This document shows positions 1 to 7,375 of a DNA stretch of 23,654 nt, piece after piece (within the stretch, counting starts at the first letter, position 1; the number at the start of each line of letters is the position of its first letter). The stretch covers positions 1 to 23,654 of the forward strand of contig JAZDIN010000033.1 in assembly GCA_043804895.1 (NCBI GenBank). The letters run 5' to 3'. The notes beneath the pieces are model-generated. The model ran no database searches. It saw nothing but the letters and a program-made list of their open reading frames with translations, and had not been told where the DNA came from. This stretch comes from Candidatus Altiarchaeota archaeon (GTDB lineage: Archaea > Altiarchaeota > Altiarchaeia > IMC4 > SCGC-AAA252-I15). Both the position numbers and the translations under genes were made by a program.

Positions 1-1329
1 CGATATTATAAGCACAGACTTCGCCTTTTTTGAGTCCACGATATCCTTTAGGACAGCAAGACAATCCTTAGCAGGCACTGTGATGACAGCAAGATCCACT
101 GATTCCTCGATATCTGAGAAAGATGAGTGGACTTTCTGGCCGCCTGTCTGGTCGCCTTTTTTAGCATTCCGGTCTACGGGTATGACCTCTGCAGTGCCAT
201 CGCTTAACAGTGTGTTAAAAATAGAACTGCCGGCCTTATGTGGTTTATCGAAAGTTCCGACGACGGCTATCCTCTTCGCTGAAAACAGGGAATCCATGCC
301 CTCAGTGTTCACTTTATATGGCTTGTATTCTGAAGCCACCCTCGGGGCTAAAGTCACTTTCACGTCCAACGGCACGATAAACCCTTCAGGTGTTATGACT
401 AGGGGATTAATTTCAAAGTTCTCTATCAGGAATTGCGAGTCAGGACTCTTGTTGTATTGGTCTATGAATCTCGCAAGTCTGGATAGTGTAGCAACGAGCT
501 CCTTCTTTGTAACAATTGGTTTCTGGCCACGTTTCGGCTCAAGTAGGGGGCCGTCTGACGGGACCTCATCGAGCATCTCCCTTATGCCTTCTTCTGTTAT
601 GTCAGTCATGCGGATAGCGAACCTGTTGTTCGGAGACTCGACATATATGCCGCCTTTAGGCGAGAAGACCATCATCGGGCCGAACTGCGGATCCATCCTG
701 AATCCGACGAACAATTGGCTTGCGTCCTTCGGCGAGGCTAACTCTATTTGTTCTGCAATTAGCACCCCATCGATGCGAGCATTAGGAGCCTTCTCTTGGA
801 CTTCACGCATCATTTCGTTATATGCCTGTAGTACGTGTTCCGGGTCTTTGGGCACGTTCAATCTGACGCCGCCGACGTCTGTCTTGTGCTTTAGGTCTTG
901 TGAGACGATCTTCATGACGACTTTGTCGGAGGATAAGACTCCAAGCAACATGGGTATTTCATCAGAGTTGGTTAATGTTATGTGCAGTGGGGGGAATACT
1001 CCGATTTGTCTCAAAAGTCTATATCCTTCTGATTCAGTGAGAATAGCGCGTCCGTCATGGGAGATGTGATTTTCAGCTGCGGTTGATATTGTCCCCTGAA
1101 TTAGGAGTTCGTTAAGTTTGCTGAGGTCGGCTTGATTTTCAAGAAGATGCGGAAAATAAAAAGGGCTTACACCACGAAGTTGAAGATAGTTTCTGGCACC
1201 ATTAGGCATGGATGGATCGACTCCCTTCTGAGAAATTACTGAATCTGGGAGATCAATGATGTCAAGCATATGCTCGTCGAGTTGTCTAGAAAGCATATTT
1301 TGGCCAGGTTTTTTGCGTTTATCACCCAT
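1..1329 (-). CDS. ADP-forming acetate/acyl-CoA ligase, fused beta(ATP-grasp)-alpha(CoA-binding) order; partial, runs off the left edge
   Basis: Manual translation of the minus strand from ATG 1329 is open to base 1 (MGDKRKKPGQ...). ATP-grasp motifs VVMKIVSQDLKHKTDVGGVRLNV, DGVLIAEQ, VGFRMDPQFGPMMVF and EINPLVIT are followed by the CoA-binding domain LFSAKRIAVVG...VDLAVITVPA...KSVLIIS. Absent from the ORF track because there is no stop in the window. Confidence 0.9.
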   Translation of the reverse strand, partial: MGDKRKKPGQNMLSRQLDEHMLDIIDLPDSVISQKGVDPSMPNGARNYLQLRGVSPFYFPHLLENQADLSKLNELLIQGTISTAAENHISHDGRAILTESEGYRLLRQIGVFPPLHITLTNSDEIPMLLGVLSSDKVVMKIVSQDLKHKTDVGGVRLNVPKDPEHVLQAYNEMMREVQEKAPNARIDGVLIAEQIELASPKDASQLFVGFRMDPQFGPMMVFSPKGGIYVESPNNRFAIRMTDITEEGIREMLDEVPSDGPLLEPKRGQKPIVTKKELVATLSRLARFIDQYNKSPDSQFLIENFEINPLVITPEGFIVPLDVKVTLAPRVASEYKPYKVNTEGMDSLFSAKRIAVVGTFDKPHKAGSSIFNTLLSDGTAEVIPVDRNAKKGDQTGGQKVHSSFSDIEESVDLAVITVPAKDCLAVLKDIVDSKKAKSVLIIS

Positions 1330-1415
1330 CTTCACCACATTGAACGATATATGAATTATGGGAAATTTAGGGATATATACTCCAGGACTATAGGGAAAAT
1401 GCGAAAGAAATTAAT

Positions 1416-1481
1416 TTGGGGGGTAGGGTGTTTTTCTCATATAGGGGGGTGAGAAATAACATAATATCAGCCCTACCCCAA
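1416..1481. other. Long imperfect stem-loop between the GNAT and acyl-CoA ligase genes
   Basis: GGGGTAGGG (1420-1428) pairs with CCCTACCCC (1471-1479); inner TGTTTTTCTCA (1429-1439) pairs with TGAGAAATAACA (1450-1461) with one bulge. Confidence 0.5.
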
Positions 1482-1735
1482 CCAATCTATCTTACGAAGC
1501 AGATGTATTTAAGTAGGATAGCCTTCAGCTGGGGGGTATGGCATATGACTGCTAAGTTTATAGTCGCTGGTTGATGAGGTTACGAAATTGGCTAAACGAT
1601 GCACGAAACTGCATTATCCCCCCATATTCAACGCCCACACCAAGAGCATATCGGCCGAGACAACCCCCGGGGAGTATAATAACCGCCAGTTTGTATGTTT
1701 TACGCTGATGTAAACCAACGAATCACATGATGCTG

Positions 1736-2320
1736 TTATTTGAAACGCATCAGGTAGGCTTTTATGTCCTTTGATGAGCCGACTTCCTCGAGGGCGTAGT
1801 TTAATGCAGGGTCATCCTGATACCTACTGAAGAAGCTTATGGCCTTCTTGTTATCGGGGTTTATGTCCACTTCTAGTTGGGTTATGCCGTCTGACTTAGC
1901 CATCTGGATTGTGCGCAACAAAAGCTCTCTGCCCGCGCCAGCCCCTTCATGGTCTTTTCCGACGAGTATAGATAAGTGAGGCTCCTCGAGGGGTGGGGTC
2001 GAGTATTGGCAGAACCCTGCTAATTTTCCTTCACGTGTCATGGCTAGTAGTATTTGACTTTCCAAGCTAGTCTCGACTGCATTTTTGGCGTATTTTTTTA
2101 TGTCTTCATCTGACATCTCATGGTTGAACCTGAACTCCAGCGCATCCTTAGGCTGCGCAAGCAAGAATTCCCTCAACATACGCTCATCACCCTTCCTAAT
2201 AGGCCTCAACGTCAAAATGACATTACCTAAGGAGGTCACATGCAGCTCGTCAATCTCCTTGGGAGGTGGGCCGCCGAACCCGAATGCAATTTCGCCTTGC
2301 TCTTTTTTCTTGAGCGTCAT
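1736..2320 (-). CDS. GNAT family N-acetyltransferase resembling the GNAT domain of Pat/PatZ protein acetyltransferases
   Basis: LTLRPIRKGDERMLREF...LEFRF N-terminal signature, motif A-like LVGKDHEGAGAGRELL, and INPDNKKAISFF. Confidence 0.8.
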   Translation of the reverse strand: MTLKKKEQGEIAFGFGGPPPKEIDELHVTSLGNVILTLRPIRKGDERMLREFLLAQPKDALEFRFNHEMSDEDIKKYAKNAVETSLESQILLAMTREGKLAGFCQYSTPPLEEPHLSILVGKDHEGAGAGRELLLRTIQMAKSDGITQLEVDINPDNKKAISFFSRYQDDPALNYALEEVGSSKDIKAYLMRFK

Positions 2321-2392
2321 CTTGGTTGATTATCGGGAAACATAAGTTAATAACATTGTTTTTATACTAGTCCTGCGGGTATATACAGCAGG

Positions 2393-2767
2393 ATGAAAAC
2401 ACGTTTTATTTTGGTCTTGATGATGTTTTTGGCATCATGGGTGAGTGCGGATTTCTCCCGCGCCCCAAACCCGTATTTCAGGATAACCGCAGTCCATGAG
2501 ATGCAAGTACTTGTTGGGGGGGATTTTGTGATGAGGATATACGGTGCTGACGGGAGGGAGTCTTACGGGGCGAAGGTGTCAGTGTACTCTAATGGAGTAT
2601 TGTATTACTCCGGGTTGACAGGCGTTGACGGGGTTTGTTCATTCAAGCCAATCGCAGGAGGCAAGTACGTCTACACCATAGACCAGGGTAGGTATTTCTC
2701 GGTAGGTGGCGAGTTCGACGTCATAGACCCGAACATGAAAGTTAATCCAGAACCTGAAGAGGAATAA
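2393..2767 (+). CDS. Secreted hypothetical protein, probable small beta-sandwich domain
   Basis: Signal peptide MKTRFILVLMMFLASWVSA; GAKVSVY...SGLTGVDGVCSF pattern typical of prealbumin/Ig-like surface domains. Confidence 0.6.
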   Translation: MKTRFILVLMMFLASWVSADFSRAPNPYFRITAVHEMQVLVGGDFVMRIYGADGRESYGAKVSVYSNGVLYYSGLTGVDGVCSFKPIAGGKYVYTIDQGRYFSVGGEFDVIDPNMKVNPEPEEE

Positions 2768-2771
2768 CCTG

Positions 2772-3968
2772 TCAGATCAGCTTGTTGTTCATAACCCACT
2801 TGAGGAGACCGAGATTCTCACGCAGGAGTGAAATGTTTTTCCACATATCAGGAGTATTGATGTCAGCCTTCCAGTGGTAATATTGGTTAGGAAGCCACCG
2901 TGTTGTTGCCACCAGACGTCCAATCGCCTCCAAAGGCAGAATCTCATGCTCCAACTTACTTAACCTAGTTATACTCTCATAACCTCTGAGGAACTCTGTA
3001 GCCTTCCTCACATCAACCTTCGAGCCAGTCTTGGAGAATGTTAACATCCCCCATGCCACATCGCATACCCTCTCCCTTGTCCCAGTCAAATCGAAGTCTA
3101 CAAGCCCAACTGACTCGCCTTTGGAAAAGAGGACATTCTCTGGAGTGTAGTCTCCGTGAGCTATCGCCTTAGGAACCGGAAACACAACATCAAGCACCTT
3201 ACCTTTAGAATCATACTCAACACGTAAGCCGATGTCATGGAGGCGTCCACGAATATGTTCTGAGGCCTCCTCCACCAGAGGAGCTGCAGCAAGGACTATG
3301 TCGTCTACGACCGACCTACCAGCCTCCGCCTTATCAACGAACTCGAGCATGCTCCAGGAGACACGGCGCCGCTCCTCCCTAGCATGATATGATACGTCCC
3401 CGCTCCCAGCAGGACTGTAAAACGGGGAGTCAACACACCGGCCTTCAGGCGCGAACTCGTGTATTATCATACCCCACACACCACCTATGTCAGGGTATCC
3501 TATCCGCCCTGCTGAAACAGAATCCTCAAGGACGATACTGGAGGTTTGGTGGTATCGCGCAAGAAACACCCCAGCATTAAAGACATCCCTGAGACTGCCA
3601 TCAGCTTTCACGCCGGAAATCCAAGGACTGACAGAGTACAGCAACCCTTCCACCTTAGCAGCATAGGGCATAGGAAAACCATCCTGGTCCACCTGAACCT
3701 CAGCCCCGACATTCTTCAGGGGAGGCGAAACATACTCGAACCCCTCCTTATGCAACCTCCACAGGAGGTGGTGGGAGAAGTTCAAACCCCTCAGACTAGC
3801 CGCATAATTTATCTGCCTGACAGCCAAATCCCCTGAACCTGAACCCACACGGTAGACTGAGCTTCTTGCACCCCAACTGAAGTCGGCAACAGAACCGAAC
3901 CTAACCCTAAAAGCCTTCTCCAATGCAGGGAAAACATCTTCGATAGCCTTCTCAGGGGAGTGTGTCAT
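2772..3968 (-). CDS. Aminoglycoside phosphotransferase / homoserine kinase type II family phosphotransferase
   Basis: Brenner motif HGDYTPENVLF and VDFD Mg-binding motif; AGVFLARYH helix. Likely ATG start at 3968 (MTHSPE). Confidence 0.8.
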   Translation of the reverse strand: MTHSPEKAIEDVFPALEKAFRVRFGSVADFSWGARSSVYRVGSGSGDLAVRQINYAASLRGLNFSHHLLWRLHKEGFEYVSPPLKNVGAEVQVDQDGFPMPYAAKVEGLLYSVSPWISGVKADGSLRDVFNAGVFLARYHQTSSIVLEDSVSAGRIGYPDIGGVWGMIIHEFAPEGRCVDSPFYSPAGSGDVSYHAREERRRVSWSMLEFVDKAEAGRSVVDDIVLAAAPLVEEASEHIRGRLHDIGLRVEYDSKGKVLDVVFPVPKAIAHGDYTPENVLFSKGESVGLVDFDLTGTRERVCDVAWGMLTFSKTGSKVDVRKATEFLRGYESITRLSKLEHEILPLEAIGRLVATTRWLPNQYYHWKADINTPDMWKNISLLRENLGLLKWVMNNKLI

Positions 3969-4006
3969 AATACATAATACTCCGCAGATAAACAAATAAG
4001 CACGGA

Positions 4007-4690
4007 CTACTTCTCAGACACTCTAGGGAACAGTTTTTCCATTAGCTCCAATCGAGTCTTATTTCTTGGCTCATCTCGGATTGCTTCAATATTTTTTCGC
4101 GTCAAGTCAGATGAACACCTTGCCATCTCTGATAGCTGCCAGTAGCATTCACCCTTCAGTCTAGGGTCTTTCATTTGTGGCACTACCCCCCGCACCACAG
4201 CCGGAAGTAGTGAAGAAGGACATTCCCTTCCAACCTCGCCCAATCTTGATATGGCTATGACCTTCAGTTCAGGGTCATTCTCACTGTTCAAGAACTGTAT
4301 TATGCCATCTACTGCACCGGCATTGATTTCATCCACTGCTCCTTTCTTCCCTATATCGACCAAGTCATCCAACGCAAGCCTCTTCATCTCAGGAGGGATA
4401 CTTCCGCTGTTCAAATATTTGACAATAGCACTCAAAGCATTCAGACTCTCAGTCGTCGGCTTCAACGCCTCAGGGTCAACGCCCACAGGAAACTCCAACG
4501 CCCTCCTCTTCAGCTCATCCAGTATCATAGGCGTCCTATAATGTGACTCCTTACTACCGAGAATTGAAACCAAATCCAGAACACTCTTGGACTTAACATC
4601 ACCGAAACCAGTAAAGAGAACCAACGGCGTATTGCCATCTGATGCATTATCCTTGTTATGCGTCCCTTCTACCCTTATTACCTTAGCCAT
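4007..4690 (-). CDS. Hypothetical protein with HEAT/ARM-like helical repeats
   Basis: Repeated IVKYLNS..PEMKRLALDDL / IIQFLNS..PELKVIAISRLGE pattern. Likely ATG start at 4690 (MAKVIRV). Confidence 0.6.
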   Translation of the reverse strand: MAKVIRVEGTHNKDNASDGNTPLVLFTGFGDVKSKSVLDLVSILGSKESHYRTPMILDELKRRALEFPVGVDPEALKPTTESLNALSAIVKYLNSGSIPPEMKRLALDDLVDIGKKGAVDEINAGAVDGIIQFLNSENDPELKVIAISRLGEVGRECPSSLLPAVVRGVVPQMKDPRLKGECYWQLSEMARCSSDLTRKNIEAIRDEPRNKTRLELMEKLFPRVSEK

Positions 4691-4766
4691 GTAACATATC
4701 CGGAAGTGTAAGAATAAAAGTATCCAAAAGTTAGTCTTATCTAACACTTTTATTGCCCTAAAACCC

Positions 4767-4775
4767 TAATATATT
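4767..4775 (+). promoter_or_regulatory. Putative archaeal TATA box upstream of the truncated tRNA-Ile 5' copy
   Basis: AAAACCC-TAATATATT starts 25 bp before 4792; no TATA-like element directly upstream of the intact tRNA at 4979. Confidence 0.5.
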
Positions 4776-4791
4776 CCCAAACAAAATCAGA

Positions 4792-4808
4792 GGTCCCGTG
4801 GCTCAGTT
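4792..4808 (+). repeat. Exact 17-bp duplicate of the tRNA-Ile 5' end
   Basis: GGTCCCGTGGCTCAGTT at 4792-4808 is identical to 4979-4995. Confidence 0.95.
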
Positions 4809-4978
4809 ACAGCCTTACTATGCACGGTTGGCTCAAGCCAATCGGCACCCCAAAACAGCAAGGCTGTTTTGAGGGAGGCTGGCGAAGGAGGGGCATGCGT
4901 TCGCTTACGCTCACTTAGCCCCTCAGAGCAACGGAGATATGATCCTGAAGTAAGTCAGGTGAGAAACAAAAAACAAAC
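4809..4978. mobile_element. Putative small non-autonomous hairpin-rich insert between tRNA-Ile 5'-end duplicates
   Basis: Hairpins CGGTTGGC-TCAA-GCCAATCG, CAAAACAGC-AAG-GCTGTTTTG and GAGGGGC...GCCCCTC; A-rich 3' end (GAGAAACAAAAAACAAAC); bounded by direct repeats. Mobility is inferred, not shown. Confidence 0.45.
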
Positions 4979-5053
4979 GGTCCCGTGGCTCAGTTTGGTT
5001 AGAGCGTCCGACTGATAATCGGAAGGTCTCGAGTTCAAATCTCGACGGGACCA
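4979..5053 (+). tRNA. tRNA-Ile (anticodon GAT)
   Basis: Cloverleaf: acceptor GGTCCCG/CGGGACC, D arm GCTC/GAGC, anticodon arm TCCGA-CTGATAA-TCGGA, T arm TCGAG-TTCAAAT-CTCGA, discriminator A; CCA not encoded. Confidence 0.97.
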
Positions 5054-5122
5054 TTGTGCCTCAAACCGAAGAAGAGTAGTATCTGTAATCCCTCGAGATA
5101 AGCGAGTCTAAAAGACGAGCGG

Positions 5123-5138
5123 AATCTCGACGGGACCA
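5123..5138 (+). repeat. Exact 16-bp duplicate of the tRNA-Ile 3' end
   Basis: AATCTCGACGGGACCA at 5123-5138 is identical to 5038-5053; CTCGAG (T-stem 5' strand) also recurs at 5092-5097. Confidence 0.95.
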
Positions 5139-5440
5139 AAGAGCCCCTTTCTTTCTTCCCAAGAAAGAATGTGGCTGAGACAAAAGTCTCAGACACACAC
5201 CCGAGCCTGAAAGGCTCGGCTGTGAGGCCCTCGGGTTCAAAGAAAGAAAGATAGGGGCATTCGCTACGCTCAGCCCCTCTGAGTAGGGTAATGCATTCGT
5301 GCCATCAGAGGATGACACAATCCGTTTCCGTGTGAACTGAGGATCAGTTCTGATAATGCATTCGTGGGGCTGAAAGACCAGTGTCTTTCAAGCGTCTCGC
5401 CAGGGCCAAACAACAAAGGTTCTTAGGGCATACTCCTAAA
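5139..5440. other. Dense array of stem-loops downstream of tRNA-Ile (structured RNA or palindromic element cluster)
   Basis: Perfect hairpins at 5149-5169, 5175-5192, 5201-5219, 5253-5278, 5334-5350 and 5371-5390; 13-bp direct repeat TAATGCATTCGTG at 5289-5301 and 5354-5366. Confidence 0.7.
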
Positions 5441-5445
5441 CCGTT

Positions 5446-6189
5446 CTATTTTTGTGATTGGATGTATTTCTTTAATTTTTCCGTATCCGTTAGCCAAGGA
5501 ATTATTTCAGGTATTGAGTGTGGAGTGGCCTCTTTGGGTGAATTTTTGATGCAGTCCTTTACGTAGCCGTTGGTCATACCCCAAACGGCATTAAGCGGAT
5601 CTTGAGGGTTCAGATGTAACTCTTCAGCGTTGGATAATGCCAGAGAGAGGTATGTACTTGAGACCTTTGTAGCTTTGTCGATTAGGGAGGGCGTATGGCT
5701 AATGGCGTCAGGTATATCCTCCCCAAGAGCATTGATGACGGCCCCCACCATGTACCCTGCAACAGTCCTAAGCCGTCGCTGGTGTTCAGCATAATTTTTT
5801 TCAACTTCCTTCTTCCTGGCGAGTGATTCTTCCCAGTTTAGGAGACCTAATGCTTCGGCGTTTTTCCTAAACTCCGAATAGTCTCCCTCCATGGAATCTC
5901 GAGGTACGTTACCGCCCTCCTTCCCATGGTCTAGGATTATGATACTATTTCTTAGAGTTGTCGCCAACATATTAAAGTGCATCCCGTCTAACGGATCAAA
6001 AGTCCCCTCACTGTTACGTTTTAGCGCATGAAATGTGCGAGTTCCCTGGGAATCCTTTAAAAAAACAAACCTGTACTTTTCACCATTATAAGGGGTGGTG
6101 AAGTCAATCTGGTTTTCATCTGTGATGGTTCTCGGAAGGTCTTTAGGTTCGGGAACCCCTCCACTCACAGGCTGCATTTCCTTATACAT
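5446..6189 (-). CDS. Hypothetical protein (247 aa)
   Basis: Long ORF with ATG start, protein-like composition and upstream TTATA-like element; no recognised motif. Confidence 0.65.
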   Translation of the reverse strand: MYKEMQPVSGGVPEPKDLPRTITDENQIDFTTPYNGEKYRFVFLKDSQGTRTFHALKRNSEGTFDPLDGMHFNMLATTLRNSIIILDHGKEGGNVPRDSMEGDYSEFRKNAEALGLLNWEESLARKKEVEKNYAEHQRRLRTVAGYMVGAVINALGEDIPDAISHTPSLIDKATKVSSTYLSLALSNAEELHLNPQDPLNAVWGMTNGYVKDCIKNSPKEATPHSIPEIIPWLTDTEKLKKYIQSQK

Positions 6190-6327
6190 AATACTATACT
6201 GGAGGGTTTAGGCTATAAGCAGGATTAGTCCCTGCGGTCAATCATACAGGACGACTCTCACGTATTGTATTATCTCAAGAATTAACAGGACGGTAGCATT
6301 TATTCCTGTATTACCTCCTTTTATGCT

Positions 6328-6783
6328 ATGCCTTTCACAGGTAATGTGACTGCGGTCCTCGGTAAGGGGTTCGCTGCCGAGTTCGGCCGTAAGGTTACGG
6401 CCAGTGACATCACCCCGTATAATCATAAGTTGGGGGATTGCATACTGTCTTTTGTGGAGCCTTCGGCGTATCCTGAGAAGGTGCAATCTCTGGTCTCGTC
6501 TTTCAACATGGCAGACCAGGTTGTTTTGAAGGTGGAGTCTGTTGACAGCTACCTGGCCGAGTGCATCGTCGCATTGGATGCACTGGGGATGAATAGGGGA
6601 CATCTCGTCTTTAGTGGAAAGGCGAGCCCTGACTCGGTGAGGCCGCTTCTGGCTGGTACTGTCGTCTCGTCGTATGAGGTGTTGGAGAATCAGGTGATGG
6701 CGGTTAAGGAGAGGCTCGCCAGCTTGAGGTATCCCACTGCCGAAGAGGAAAGTGTCAAAGAAGGAGTTGGATTAGGTAAGTGA
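6328..6783 (+). pseudogene. C-terminally truncated archaeal SelB/EF-Tu-like protein (degenerate G-domain only)
   Basis: AVLGK..A.EFGRK.TASDIT.YNHK....SFVEP..YPEK..SL.....MAD and ECIVALD..RPLLAGTV match the N-terminal half of the archaeal SelB-like family as I recall it (about 300 aa). The ORF ends where the beta-barrel domain II should begin. Confidence 0.6.
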
Positions 6784-7375
6784 GTAGGTTGTGGCTTCTT
6801 TTTGATTTAGCAGTTTCCAGCGCGTCTTTGTCCCTGTATTTGAGCGGCATCATCTTCTGCTGCAGCTTAGGGTTATCGCGTTCCATTATCTGCTGGGAGT
6901 CGTAGTACGTCTCCCATAGGCCTTCGTCGTTGGAGAGTTCATTGAGTGTGGGGTTTCGGGGGAGTTTGGATTCTAGGGTTGGCAGTACTTCTGTGAGGGG
7001 GAGGTTGTATCTGATTATTCGGCCGTCTGGTTGTATGACGTCTGTTACTTTGTCGTGTTCCAATGCTATGTGGAATGTCGGGAACCTGTTGTGGAAGTGG
7101 TTGAGTATCAGGTCTGCGACGTCGTGTTCTAGGTTGGTTTTAGCGTAGAGTATGCCGTGTTCTGAGATTTTCAGCCTCATGAAGCCTTTCTTCAGGTGCA
7201 TGCACCTGAGCACTGACCGCTGCATCTCATAGAGCTTCCTTGACTCGGAAGTGGCACAATTTTCAACGAGGGATGGATCTTGTTTAGCGACGGCGTCACA
7301 TAGTCTTTGGTCGAATTCCCTGTGCCTGCGGACTAGGTCGAATACGCCACCGCGCTTCCAGCCTCTTCTTCTCAT
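6755..7375 (-). CDS. DUF4130 domain protein (TIGR03915-like putative DNA metabolism protein)
   Basis: HLKKGFMR, LEHDV..LI..HF..RFP and LWETYYDS......RDNPKLQQKMMPLKY signatures; ATGA overlap with the upstream radical SAM gene. Confidence 0.85.
   Translation of the reverse strand: MRRRGWKRGGVFDLVRRHREFDQRLCDAVAKQDPSLVENCATSESRKLYEMQRSVLRCMHLKKGFMRLKISEHGILYAKTNLEHDVADLILNHFHNRFPTFHIALEHDKVTDVIQPDGRIIRYNLPLTEVLPTLESKLPRNPTLNELSNDEGLWETYYDSQQIMERDNPKLQQKMMPLKYRDKDALETAKSKRSHNLLTYLIQLLL

Noticed and set aside
80-1069. 329-aa plus-strand ORF
   Set aside because: Antisense shadow of the minus-strand acyl-CoA synthetase; Ser-rich and without motifs.
1270-1452. 60-aa plus-strand ORF
   Set aside because: Overlaps the start and promoter of the acyl-CoA synthetase on the opposite strand; no support.
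4809-4995. Canonical archaeal tRNA intron or split/permuted tRNA
   Set aside because: A complete uninterrupted tRNA is present and I could not find a bulge-helix-bulge at the junctions by eye; not formally excluded.
5061-5318. 85-aa minus-strand ORF
   Set aside because: Overlies the hairpin array and tRNA fragment; no protein-like features.
5289-5366. Possible CRISPR array (TAATGCATTCGTG twice, 65-bp period)
   Set aside because: Only two copies, the repeat is 13 bp, the spacer is itself palindromic, and there are no cas genes in the window.
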